Below, piece after piece: positions 1-14,807 of a stretch of DNA of 64,000 bases. The stretch is taken from assembly GCA_004022145.1 (NCBI GenBank), contig RCNU01000001.1. One strand, given 5' to 3'. A program made the position numbers and the translations under genes. The stretch comes from Paecilomyces variotii. Lineage: Eukaryota. Under the pieces are notes generated by a model. That model worked only from the letters and a program-made list of their open reading frames with translations, made no database searches and was not told the origin of the DNA. The stretch's first letter is position 1. Every line of letters starts with the position of its first letter.

Positions 1-396
1 CGATGTATAGGTGACAGTATGCTCATGTTTGGTGTCCTGTGATGGTCTCGGAGGTGGTTCTGACGTTGGGGATCTTGGAGTCGTTGGTGCAATGACCTGT
101 TGTGGCAGCGCTGACGTCGGGAGGCTGGGGGCGGTGTCGGCCGGCAATATATGCTGACCTGCCGGCCAGGTACTGGGATTAAAGACGGCCAGCGGAAACG
201 GGGAGGATGTAGATGCATGTGCAATCTGTGTTGGCAGGTATCGACGGGCAATTACAGCCTCGAATTCAACCGTCTCCGATCGGACTATGAAGAGACAAGT
301 ATGTTAGATGTGTTTGTTGAGTACTAATACCGTGTTACGGCTACACGGTACCTTGCTCATGTCGGGTGCGACGAGTTTCCCAATAAGTTAGGATTG
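1..396 (-). CDS. Partial spliced gene running off the left window edge (Pro/Ser/Thr-rich hypothetical protein)
   Basis: Minus-strand exon 352-396 (ILTYWETRRTRHEQ), intron 285-351 (GTACCG...CTAAC...TAG), then a frame open from 284 to position 1 (RSETVEFEAVIARRYLP...). The start codon was not located. Confidence 0.35.
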
Positions 397-2989
397 CTAC
401 AATAAGAGATGGAATTCCCACAAGAAGAGAGATAACAGAATCAACTGAAAGTGCAGTCATTTTATGGCCATGAATAATAAATTATATGAGCGCGATGTTG
501 GTCCGTAGTCCTGGGACACCATCCAATTTCTATAGTTGACTGCAGCTGCTGATGGGAGATATATAGCGGCCCGTAGACGAGTAACCGCCTTGACGTCCGT
601 CGTCTCCCCTTGTTGCGCTAACACATGCTGCGGCAGTGCGACAATGTTGAATGCAGGGCCTATCGTGATTCGACGGGTAAGGAGCTAGAGAAGTCTCAGC
701 TCCACTCAAGTGCGGGCTTTATAAAACTAAGCTTATTCTGGAAGGAACAAGCTACGTCAATCTACGCCTCCAGACTGTGGTCACTGGCCAGTTGCTTAAT
801 TCATCCTCCACTAACAGCTTAGGTCGCCAACTAAGCACATAGACAGCTGCAATGGCGGCCATTCACAGCGCCATTGCTCCTTACCAAGCGCCATGCTAAT
901 GCAGATCGTATATTGCCCTATCATCATCGACATCACTGATTACCGTGGCCCTACAGTTAGGTACAGCAGGCTCATAATAGGCGTCACCGGTTCGGATTGA
1001 TGCTCGAGATAGTATGTCGACGACTCGACTGGGAGCAGCGCCATTTTTACTCGAAGATCAAGCAACCAGCACATATTATGACAGTACTCTCGAGTTCGCA
1101 CATGACAGTTCTAGTCCTTATGTAGTTAATCGGCAGTGGGCGCCGCAGGATCCGGGATACCGACTCGGCCTCGTTGTAGCTCGTCAGACGAGAAACTGCT
1201 TGATGACCTGTGTACTCCTTACTCACAGAGGATCTTTACGCCTCGGAAAATCAATATTAACTAAACCGCTTTGACTCGCTTTGCGCCAATGTGTTCTATG
1301 CCATCATTAATCGGTTTCCACCTTTATGCTCGGTTGCCTCCATCGATTAGACCTGCTAAATTTTGAAAGTGAAGGAGAGGTCTGGATTGGAACAAGGAAT
1401 GGTGTCTCTAGGAAAGTATAACAGGGCGTTTCATGAGTAAATTCAAATTTCTTCGTTTCATGGATGAGTTGAAAGTCTGTACATAATAATAGTACGGAGA
1501 TCTGCGACTGGTAACTATTGCGGTATGGTTTAATTATACAATTGTACGATTAAGCTATACCAAAAATGGATAGATGACCGCCTATCATGCAAACCAAATG
1601 CCTAGATATGACCTCAATATATCCCAATATAGTTATTCCTGATATTAATTCGCTCATCTAACTATTGTCCATGAGAATTTGCATTGGTCCAAAGTGACAT
1701 TCTGCTAGATCTCTATGGACTGTAATGCATGTGCGATCTAGAGCAACCGCGAAGGTGAACTCTGGTGATTTGAGATGTCTATTAACAAACTTGGCAGAAT
1801 GATTCTTACTATTCTAGGAAATTTAGGACAGCGTGCATCCGCAGATCACGATCGGTCGCCTTATGATAATGATTCAGGACAAGATGCCAATCATCTATGG
1901 TACCTAAACTATAGGACAGTTCTCCCCAAAGATCACTGTTTTAAAGTCGTGGAATTGTTCGAATTCAGACGCCCGGATCTAATTCAAGTTAGAATACATA
2001 TCATCAAGCGTCGGATTTACTTACGATGTCCAGCTTCGCATTTATAATGGCCTTTCTGAGTGTATAGTTGTAAAATGCCCTTCCATATGCGGTTTTCATG
2101 TACTGCTTGATACAGCGTCGCCACGCCGAGTCCCTAAATGAGACCATTGTGCGCGGCACATGCTTCAGTGTTACTCCGATTACACTCCGTGCCCAGTTGC
2201 AAATGCCGTCGTGCTTGGCCATTAAGGCCTTCCCTTCCGCTTGAGACTTGACCTCGGACCCTTCGATGAGGGCCAACATTTGCTCACCGTCCGTGTCGGC
2301 TTTGTACACTTCTCTGCGATTCGAACGCAGTATTCCATACAGATCAGGTTTCATACTGCTCCTGTCATAAAGATCGACAGCCCACAGGTAAGTCTACGGA
2401 GTATTAGCGGGATTTTCACAGCGGGATTCTAACTTAAGACAGAATAAAACCCACTTCAGGTGTCGGAGGCGTTCCTACATTTCCTATAATAGCAACGATC
2501 TTTATAGGCACGTAGAATTCTATTCCTTACGCTGTGAAGCTTAAAGTAAATGAGTCAGTGAAACATTCCAGTAAGGGTGGCCATGGACTGCTCGTTGATA
2601 ACCTTCTCATATTATGGAAGTCGGGCATGATGATTTCGTAACAGGATTGTTAGGGATATATCAGACAATTTTATACCTGATAATAGTTGATCGCTGAGAT
2701 TCGATCTTCATTCTTTTCGTAGGCTGGAGGGTCGTTCTCCTTTGTAGATTCGGAGTGAACTCCAAGGAGGGATTCTCCATGGGTACATCGGGCAGTTTGT
2801 CCTTGCTCGTCTGTGTAGAAGCCGACACCAGAGTAACTGACTGGCCAGTTGCAGTCACATGCTCATCACTCCCTGCGTCGGTCACCAGAAAGACACACTC
2901 ATACAAGACACTAAATATACCACTAGTAATGGTGTAATCTGGGCTAGGCCAGTATAAGCAGGTCAAGGGGTAGGATGGTTGGTGGCGAG

Positions 2990-4700
2990 ATTGGTTGATT
3001 AAGAAACTAAGATCTATCTAATTAACTAATATAAAAACTTTTATAGTAGTAGTGGGTTAAGTGATTAGATTATAAGCTCTATTAACTCCCCCTCCGAATA
3101 AGAGACCGCCCCCAGTCTTATTATAAAATTGCGTTTAACAAGAACATATTAAAAGGAAAAATAATATAAGGGGATTTGCTATGATTGCAATAAGGTTTAT
3201 TTTAAATAGATATAATCTCAAGAATATAATTAATTAGTGAGAAGCTCTAGTTAAACTAAGGGATTTTTAACAACTAAGCTCAAGATCTAGGCTCTCCTCT
3301 TCTTAACTTATAATTTATCCTTTAGTCCTGTATAAGCAGTGTATTTATTTCACTCTTTTTTAATAAGGGTATTATCTTAACCAATTATTACAGCGATATC
3401 CTTAGATATTCTATTAGGCCATATAATATTTAAGTTATCATAATTTGCGATAAATAGGTCCTACTCTTATTTTTATCTACAGGCTTTTTATTTATAATAT
3501 TTATTTTAATAAGCTTTTTAGGACAATTTTAGCTATTTATAATACTCTGAAAGTGCTCCGGCCATAATATCAGAGTAACTTAGCTCATCCTTAATATAAT
3601 CAGCCAGGACTATATACAATTCAGAAATAAGGGCGCCGCTTTCATCGATATAGCAGTAAGGCTTAGATATTAAGGCTTAGTTCAATTTATTAACCAGTAC
3701 CCTCAAGTAAACTATTATGCCTCTATGGCTAACAATATTAGACTTTATAACTGGTTCGTGGGCCTTATCTTCTAATATCCCAACTGGGATGTGCAAAAGG
3801 TGTCTAGGTTTATTAAGCACAGGGCGTTTCGGTGGTAAGACCTTGACAATGGTCTGCTGAGTGATAAAGAATCTGAGGTCGGGGCGCAGGAACAGGAACC
3901 GCTTGGAGGATCGCTTTACTGCGCGAGTTCCTGGTGATCTTCACACAATGGTTCAATCGCGGATCATTCTCCGCCAGCGGGACGTCTCCAACGCTGACCA
4001 TATCACACAGCCAGCCCAGGGTCGAGGGAAGGCACTGGTCCAGTCCCGAGAAAGCTCGGTCGGTCGAATGCCAGAATAAGGCGAGCTCCCCTCGTCTTCT
4101 CGCGTATTTATAGACGGCCCTCTGCGGGGAAAGGAGGAACTCACAGGGCCTCTGCCTGGCTAAATCTCTGGGATTATAAGTTCTTGCCGGTCCCAACTTC
4201 GGAAGGAATCACCGTAATATCTTGAATATGCCAGCAGCTCGTATCCCAATGCAGATTATTAACCCAGTTTTTATTAGGAGTGCTGCAGACGGCGAACCAG
4301 GCCTGCTTCCCCTTTTTCGGGGCTTTCTAAAAGAACGAGTATGTATTGCGGATATCGATATCCAGCAACAAATCGAGTCAGTTTGTCTTCATTTTACCAT
4401 CTAAAAAAGAGAGCACGTATAGATATATAAGGGCCATTAAGGATCGCGCTAAAGTCAGATAAGAAGTCAGCAATAATTTTAGCTAAAGATTAAAGATGCG
4501 CGCAGCATCTTTATCGGCGGGATAGCAGCCGTTTGGGATGTAGCTATAAACTCTATTGAAGGGTCTGAAGTCGGAACAGACGGAGTAGAGGCTATAAAAG
4601 CTATAAAAGAAGGTTTTAGAGGAGGAATACTGCTGGCAAGATGTGGCGGCCAATATAGAAGTAAGAAGTGGGAGAGTATAAGGAGGCTGGCACGATGAGG
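2990..4700 (-). pseudogene. RIP-like degraded coding remnant of unknown family
   Basis: Abruptly AT/TpA-rich at 2990-3810 and milder to ~4700. One minus frame reads nearly open (RPVLNKPRHLLHIPVGILEDKAHEP...PYCYIDESGALISELYIVLADYIKDELSYSDIMAGALSEY) and is broken by TAA/TAG stops, as expected from CAA/CAG C>T changes. Confidence 0.5.
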
Positions 4701-5329
4701 ATTTACTCGGCTGTTTCAGAGATACGGTTGACTGAGGATAAGAGGAGGGTGTGCCCCGTCTCGATGACAGAGGTCAAGCGAATCAGGTAAATGGAGGTTG
4801 AATGAATATCCATTCGTTCGGCCGCTTGTGAGTGTCTGGAGAACTTGAGGTACCGTTGAATAGCCAATCGAAGTCCGTTGTGTAATTCTCGCTAATGAGG
4901 GTGGCCCCCTATGACTCCCTGAATCCGCATAGAATATTTATTTCTGGTCGACTTTAGATATAAAAAGCATCGAATTTATGACTTTGACGCTCTTGAGCAT
5001 GAGATTAGAGCTCTTGGCTCGTGGTGATTCTTCTAACCATCCAGGAAGACTTTCTAGTTCTCTCGTGAAATCATGGGAGATATGCACAGAAAATGTTGCT
5101 AAAAGACCCGAGACTGTACTCGAGAGGGAGTGATGGACATTAGTTCTTGAAGATTTGTTTAATGGAAAAGCAATTAAGCCAGTTTTTTGTTGGCGATGAT
5201 TGTTGAAGACCGGTGATGATATATACCATCTGAAAGATTCTATCCCTGTCTATTGATGAATCGATGCATATATAATTTCGGGACTTCTTGTGTCATCGGT
5301 ATGTAGGTAGGTAGGTAGGAATCGCTACC

Positions 5330-5990
5330 CTCCTTTCTGGGGGCCGGCGTGCGAGATGTAGATTTCGTCGCCGTCCTGCGAGATGAGAGCTCGCCTTGTT
5401 CCATTAGCTATATTTCTCCACAAGGACACATTGAGTGGTACTCACCAGGGTATCGGGATGGGGTCCGGGTATTTATTCCTTGATCCAAGCGGCCGTCTCC
5501 TGCATCTTTACCTGAGGATTGTGCTTGTCCCTTTCCCCGCTTTGCACTCGATGAGTGCCAGAATCCGTTTGCTCGTTACGTATTGGAGCTGGCCATCTGT
5601 AACAGCTGTGAGGCTGCCTGCCTGGCCCTCAAAGTCCGCTCGCAGTGGAATTCTATCGGCGTTCCACTCACTGCCAAGCAGCCTAGCTACTATCGCCAGA
5701 GCTTGTAGAAAGGAGACCAAAGACGTGTTTACCGCCGACTCAGACCGACGGGCGAGCTTTGATCTGGCTCGATATTCCGTACAACAGACATGTCTCTGCT
5801 GTGCCAATGGCACCTTAAACAAAGTAATTTGGTGCCATTGGTTGAATATCGGGGCCCTGGCACCAATGTTCTGCACGTACACTTGGAAGTCTGGGTCCTC
5901 CAGTATAAGACCGGCTTGTTGCCCTTTCTATAACCATCGTCCGCCACGCTCGTTGCGGGCTTTTACGAAATCAATTTGATGTGAACGAAT
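5330..5990 (-). pseudogene. Frameshifted fungal hypothetical protein with a PD-(D/E)xK-like motif
   Basis: ESAVNTSLVSFLQAL...EWNADRIPLRADF...TAVTDGQL...ILALIECK, then frameshifted pieces (HNPQVK/MQETAAWIKE*) and a downstream piece RALISQDGDEIYISHA. The TDG...ECK spacing resembles PD-(D/E)xK folds. Confidence 0.5.
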
Positions 5991-6781
5991 GCCTTGTCCC
6001 GGCGTTGAAAGCAATTGGATCACGAGAGTCACCTGCTGACAATAGCTCAACAATGCGTATATTATCGCGGATGTCGCGAGATGATAGAAAAAACTTGTAG
6101 CAGCAATCTAATATGACAATAAATATCAAGCGACTCAATTCTCAGCTCGAATTCAATAAAGAAGTTCAAGTTCGACGGAAAGAAAAACGAAACCCGAAGG
6201 CTAATAATAAGTAAATTTGGTAGTAATGTTGAACAGGAAGCTGTTAGGTAACTAGAGAATTTTATTCCCGTGCTGTTTGCAATGGACGAGCTAATTTATA
6301 TTACTTGGACCTCCATGTCCCGCGTAATGGATCATCATGAATTTTCTGCCGGGAGTGATGACTGCACGATGCAACATGCTCCTGATTTAAAAATGGATTG
6401 GACGTCGAAGGCGGAGGCAGGATACTGCGAACTTTGAAGGGACTATATAATGTTGGAGCCTGCCTACAAACAGGCCTGTTGTCGGGTTTCTTTTCCCACG
6501 CCTTCTAGCTCTACCCACACAGATAAACAGGCTGAGGTAGTTGCTAGAGAATTCAAACTCAGCGAGCTTCGCTCCAGATATAACTTTCAGGGAAGGGAAA
6601 TTTTAGCAAGTGTCAAGGTCACAGAAGCTACTTCCATGGTGATTTGTATTCGGAGTATTGACCCTTGGCAGTGATAAAGTGGTGGGAATGGTAGAGTGGT
6701 GGGGAAGATCCAGTGATAGAAAAGTTGGGAGTGATGGTGGGAAGGTGATAGGCGGCCGGACCAGAAGGCTGACTTCTTGTC

Positions 6782-6820
6782 GACAGGGGAAGTTAGCATT
6801 TGATACTAACTTCCCCTGTC
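6782..6820. repeat. Perfect 15-bp inverted repeat with a 9-nt loop
   Basis: GACAGGGGAAGTTAG (6782-6796), loop CATTTGATA, CTAACTTCCCCTGTC (6806-6820). Confidence 0.9.
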
Positions 6821-7260
6821 ATCTGTCGGATCTTCCAGACAGATTTACTGGATACCTATACCTACTTAGGTGCGGCTGGCTCTTATCTACGCGGGTAGCT
6901 CCATCGGCAACGGACTAGTCGGTCCCCGGTAGTGTAGGAGTTAATGGAACAGAGTTAGATTCCATTGGGGTCTAGGATGATACGCAAGCTGAGAATTCAT
7001 CGTTTTCTATTTATTTTGGGTGAATAGAACACTATCGGTGATGGATTTGCTCTATGTCAGGAAGTTAACGAACTCGCAGCATGCTCACATCTCTTCACCA
7101 TATGTCCGGATTATTGTAACTGTATATTCGCTGATTAGATGTATACATATTCACTTATTCGACAGATTGTTACCATTACAGTTGCTCTTCATCATGTAAA
7201 TTAAAGAGACCATCCAAATGCTGACCACATATCTTGGGCAGTAAACAAATAGCTCCAGGT

Positions 7261-9289
7261 TCAAAGTATCATGACAAATGCAGGATCTCTATCATCATTG
7301 TATCCTCTGTACTGATCGTATTTGCCTCGTCTTTTATCCTTATTGATCTTCGCGCAGTATAAAACGTTGAATAGTATCCTGCAAGGCGGATTATTAGCAA
7401 CTGATAGTCCAGATGTAGTAATCCTACTTACATGAACCATGAAAATACCAGCAGGCCAAGAATGATAGTGTGCCCACGATGGTATTGTGGTGCGTCTTTC
7501 GTGGGATAGTTGAATGCTATTGAGGGACAGTCAGTCTACTTGGAGTTGGAAGTTCTTAGATAGGTGAATCTTACTTGCGACAAAGCCACCGCAGTTCGCT
7601 ATTGCCAATTGCATAGCAGACGTAGTGGCTCGCTTGTAGTGCCCGGCTGAGTTGTTCGAGTTCCAAACCAAAATACAGGGCACGCTTGCGTACATGCCGG
7701 TGGCCATAAGAAAGGTCATGCCGTATTTGACATGTGGGTTATCAACGTTAGCAATAACGGCATATCCGACAATGGCTATAGGAAGGACGAAGAGCATAAT
7801 AACACCACGTAGGCGAAGACGGTCCGAAGTAAAAGCGACGAGGACTCAAATATAACAAAATTGATTAGCCTTGTTGGTGGCTATCGGGTATATACCACAC
7901 TCACCTGTAATGACAGCTGCCACAGCGTAAGGGATGACAGTCCAGAGCTGGGTGTCGTTTGCATTTTTCGTTATGCCGAGTTCGTTAATTATAGTTGGTA
8001 ACTACTGGGAATTAGCAGTTTCTCATGCAAAGGCAGGCAGTTTTCACATACGAAAAGGCCAAAGGAATACAGGCCAGCGAGAATAGAGAAGTACGCAGTT
8101 GCAGAGAGCCACATCTGGAGGTCCAGAATACCTCTTTTTACTTCCTTCCAGTCCAATCTTTCATGTTCATCTGCGACAACACTGTTTTAAAGTCAGACCC
8201 TCTCAAGTACATACTACAATACGAAGAAGTGAACCCACGCTTCTGCTTCGAGAGCCGATGGTCGATCGCGCGCCAGTCTTTCTTTCGCGAATATCCGCTC
8301 GTCTGGCTTCAAGAACCGGGCGGTGTCTATGCTGTTTGGTAGCACAATGAAGCTCAACATACCACAGGTGACCGTCTACCCATAGTTAATCCATCAAGGA
8401 GGTTCGTGAAAATAGAAGATAAGCGCGCTCACCAGAAGACCTTCAATTATGAGAATCCATCTCCAACCTCCCAGGCCGCTGCGTGGTCCAATCATGGCTA
8501 GTCCACGAGCGAGAAGGCCTAGAATAGTTAGTTTTGTCCTTGCCATATCGTTCTGGTTCTTACCGCCAAAAGCTCCTGATAATGATGCTGCTGTATAGAA
8601 TAAGCCGATGCGCAGCGCCAAATCACTCCGTCGATAGAAAGACGACAGATACAAGACCTTGAATATAAGTCAGTGTGACCCTTGTCGAGTAGCAATTTAT
8701 CTGGCCGTAATGAATGCGTACCATTCCAGGCAGTAATCCGCCTTCTGCAACTCCCAGTAGTGCTCTAACGGCAACAAAGCCAGCAAAGTTCCGGACGAAG
8801 CCCAAGCACATCGTTATAATGCCCCAAACGATCGTCAGCAGTGGTAGCCATATCTTTGGCGATACTTTCTTAATGGCCAGATTACTCGGTAGTTCACTAC
8901 ATCAACCTGTTAGAGCCATCGATTGAACAATCGGGGGGCTGTCAGCGACAGATGGTCCCACAGACCTGCAAACGTATGTCAAATAGAAAACAGCCAATCC
9001 GACATCGTATTGATGGTCAGTGATGTTGACGTCTTTCTCAAGACCAATAATCTTCGCATTGCCAACATTTGTGCGATCAAGGAAGGAACACAGAAACAGC
9101 AGAGCCAGCATAGGGAGGATCCTGTCCAGTAGTTAGAACAGATAGAAAAGCCATATAAATTTGATGATACCTCGTGTCAAGCTTAAAAAGAAGGCTTCTT
9201 GTTAACCGCTGTTCCCGGTCGCTATCAATGGCGGACAACTGTGACCGCGCATCCTCCACCTTTTCGTTGGTGGGTTTTGACGATTCCAT
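7261..9289 (-). CDS. MFS transporter, anion:cation symporter (Dal5/Tna1-like) family, multi-exon
   Basis: Motifs LLFKLD, FLDRTNVGNAKI, LLGVAEGGLLPG, YLSSFYRR, GWRWILIIEG and NNSAGHYKRAT across GT-AG exons. ATG at 9289, TGA at 7261. Confidence 0.9.
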
Positions 9290-10033
9290 TGTGAAGTAAA
9301 CCCACTGCCTGATAAAATTGGGGATGTATATGAAATGTATCACGACAGATTGCTGGGACTTTACCCACGAAAACTACTGCTCAGCGTCTCCGCACACATC
9401 GCGAAGTGACTGGCCCCTCAGCCTTAAAGCATCGAAGGAGGAGCTCAGCTACAGCTCAGCTACTCACTGCGTTGCGGAAGCAGTAGTGATCGGCGCGCCA
9501 ATTCCCCCGCATTGCAAACCCCGGACCCAACAGGAAAATAGGTATCCGGGGTTGATCGGCAGTCGATTGTTCCGGCCGGTGCTATTTAAACCGTACTCTA
9601 AGTCTAGACTCTAGTACTCCGTACTACTCCGTACAATACCGGGATATCATGGAGTGCTTTCTACGGTTTGACAGGATCCGTCAAGTAGCCTGTTTACTTA
9701 TGTGGAAATTGGTGAATGAGTGGTCTGAAGATGAGAGATACCATTTTGCAGACCTTTCTGCTGGCTAACTGTTGTAGCTTCTGCGGTGTGCTGTATGTTG
9801 CAAGAGGGTTATTCACCAACTCAGAGATAGCCATCACGTGTCGAAATTGCTATTGGAGTGGATTATATCATGAAAGGCTGTAGTGCACTTTGCATATCTA
9901 TACGTAGAGCATTTCTTCGCAGTGTAAGATTAGTAAAGCAATCACGTTGACGCTTCAACCGGCCATCTGATCGCACCGCCAACTGGGATCAACCACGATT
10001 TCGAGTCATTCTGCTGGAGAACGCTCGAAGGAA

Positions 10034-11597
10034 TCAGGCACTTGTATTCTTTTGTTGAAGAAAAGCATGCCTCGCCAGTTCGCCAGCCGTTTTCCTCGCA
10101 TCTGGATGCCAGACAAGCATTCCCTTCACGAGATCGAGAAACGCTTCCCTCTCCTCTTCCTCAAGGAAGGAAACAGTGTTGTCTAGTTTCCGGTCTGGAA
10201 TCAGATCTTCGTAGAGAAATCGACCTATGATGCTTCGTGAGTCTGAGAATAATTCGTTCGAGATAGGAAACCCAATAATACCATTATCGTCAAAGAACGG
10301 GCCACTAAAGTACTCCTCCGCGGTCTCGCATACTCTGCCGTCTTCTCGTCTGACAGGCTCCGGCCACGAGTACTCTCGCATGTATTGATACCTTTGTATG
10401 ATCTCTGGAGGGGGTGGACCGAGTAAAGCCACCATTTCGGCGATGTGTAGTTTAGCATCGTAGTGACCTTGTTGATCATAGATGTGTCGAAACAGCTCTC
10501 TGCCTTCGAGCATATCCCACAACTGGACTGGCGTTAGTGGATGCAACAATTTATAAAGAACCACGGGACATACCAGAACACCAAAATTCCAAATATCCGC
10601 AGGCATTTGCCATCCTATACCCAGTACTACCTCTGGCGCCCGATAGTGGTCTGGCTGGATAGGCCAGACGCCCCAGTCGTCGTCTTCCTCGAGTCTGATG
10701 GCCAAGCCAAAGTCGACAAGCTGTGGTATACTTCTCAAGCTTTTGAGTGGCCCAAAGTCGTTACGGGACTGATACACTGGTCGTCCAGTCGAATCAGTCT
10801 TGAAAGCCATCGGTTTCTCAAGCTGAAAATCCATGAAATCAGCAAGCACGGTTTGGTCCTCGAATGACACCATGATGTTTTCAAGCTTGAGATCTAGACA
10901 GTCACCTGGGCTCAGTATTACCGGCGGGGAGCAAAGCTGAAGATGAACTTACCCGTATGAACTATCCTGCATTTTTTGTGAAGATATTCAAGCCCTGTAA
11001 GAAGACCACGAATGTAAGTTTTAATGAGGGGCAGTGGCATCTTTCTATCGTGAAAGCGCCGCTGATACATCGACAATGACTCTCTCATAGGTGGATACAC
11101 AAGGCACGAGTGAGTACCTCCCGGACCTTTGACTTCGAAAGAGTCCAGTAACGTTCGAATAAGTGAGCGACCGCGATGTGATGGGTCTATTGTGGAGATG
11201 TGCTCTTCAACCTCGCGCTCACGACCAGCGGAACTCGCATTGTTATTGACGATTTTTAGTGCCACGACATCCTCGGGCTCTTCAATATGCCTGTGTATTT
11301 GTTAGAGACAAAGAGGACTTCGAATTGAATAGAAATCATCGAAGGCTACCCTTGCAAATCACGCGCGAGCCATACTGTGGAAGACACGCCCCAGCCAACC
11401 TTGACGAGGATTTGGTAACGATCAGCGAGTACCTCTCCAGGCTTGGCTGGGTAGAAGTACTTGGAATCGTATACTGGCGAGATCTCTTCATCAACTAGTA
11501 TGCCGGGCCATAAAGGTGGCCCGGGAGAAGGCGTGGGAAACGGTTTCTTGCGAAGCAAGGTGGACAAACGAGGAATCAGGGGCCTTATGGTGCTCAT
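10034..11597 (-). CDS. SRPK-like (CMGC) Ser/Thr protein kinase, multi-exon
   Basis: KVGWGVSSTVWLARD, VALK, HTD/LKLENIMV (joined across an intron), LVDFGLA, IQPDHYRAPEV, DIWNFG. Confidence 0.9.
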
Positions 11598-12630
11598 TCC
11601 AGAGTTACTCCCCGTAAGCCCACGGGATCATGTGATCTCAATAGTTGTGGAAGAAGAAGTGTTTTAAGATAGTACTCCTGCTCGTCTGCTTATTCTATGG
11701 TGTGCTAGTGTTGTTGTTCCTCGACGGTATTCGATCACTAACGTGACCTGCTAGGCCGGATCCTAGTTGACAGGGGTCATTGTGTTGCATGGGACAATCT
11801 GCCATGGCAGTTCATTATGATTACACTCCTGAATAGATATTTTCAGGTTACATTCACAAGTCGTTAAAGGTCACTCGCCTCACTACAACATAACCAACCA
11901 TGTATAATCCGTTGTCCTTCGATGGTGAATCTGTTGATCTTACCGAGAGTCCGGATACTTACCGAATGGTCTGTGCGGAAAGCAAGGATGTAACTGGAAG
12001 GTAACATCGGCGCAAGGAACAACAGACGATAAGCGAGATTCGATAGTGATGGAACGGGAGCATTTCCGATGTCGCCAAAGATAAAGAGGTGGCATTTGGG
12101 CGCATCTGTGCGCTGTACTCCCACGTTTGCCGTTACTTAGTAGTGGAACGGCCGGCTTGTCTTTGTCGCTGATTAACGTCTGGAGACTTCTTTGATGGAG
12201 ATGGCAGAGAGATGAATAGCGAAGATGGAAGATGGAAGATGGAACCGAGGAACTTCGTGCAGCTTTATTGGTTCCTGAGCAATAATTACCTGGGAATGCT
12301 GAACGCTGATCGATTCAAGCTCAGCGCAGGAATGGAAAAGCTCAATGGTTTTCCAGCCACATCCAGCCCAGCCATCCACGAACATCTCCAGGCTGATCGC
12401 GCAGAGTTAACGAAGTTAATGAATGAGCTAGCATCATCCCACAGCGGATGGTTCCATTATCGGGCCAGGGCTATCTTTATCCAGCAAGTTGCATTGTCTT
12501 GGCCGCGAAGAACAATGAACGTCAACGGAGAACTTATAAGCAGCTCTGGCCTCTCTCCACCAAAGTATTCTCTCGTTCAAGGCCTGTCTTGGTTGCTTCA
12601 TTTTCTTGCTCTCGTTTTCGACTGTGCTAG

Positions 12631-14448
<1,818 letters not shown>

Positions 14449-14807
14449 ACACATCCCATTGTACATATGCATGTGGAGATATCATCTGTTGGTTTTATTG
14501 CTAAATTTAACATCTGAAAGCGTTTCTGCCTCGATGAGGGATGTCGCATGTTAGCATCTATCTATCTTCTAATGTACATAATTTCTACGCGATTGAAATA
14601 AAATAATCAACCTAGCTGCATAATGGAGTAAGAAACAAGCACAAAATAAGATGGTTAACATCTCTCGAATTCCCTTCCCCAGATTAATAGGAGTAAATGT
14701 CTATAGGATGTATCTAACAACCACTCCATCTCTAATCAATGACACCATCATCTTGTAGATATCATCTATCTATCTATCTGACATGCATCAATCTCATTCC
14801 CATCAAC

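Noticed and set aside
2004-2354. 116-aa minus ORF (MKPDLYG...)
   Set aside because: Protein-like composition, but no recognisable motif or clear gene structure. It may be a remnant.
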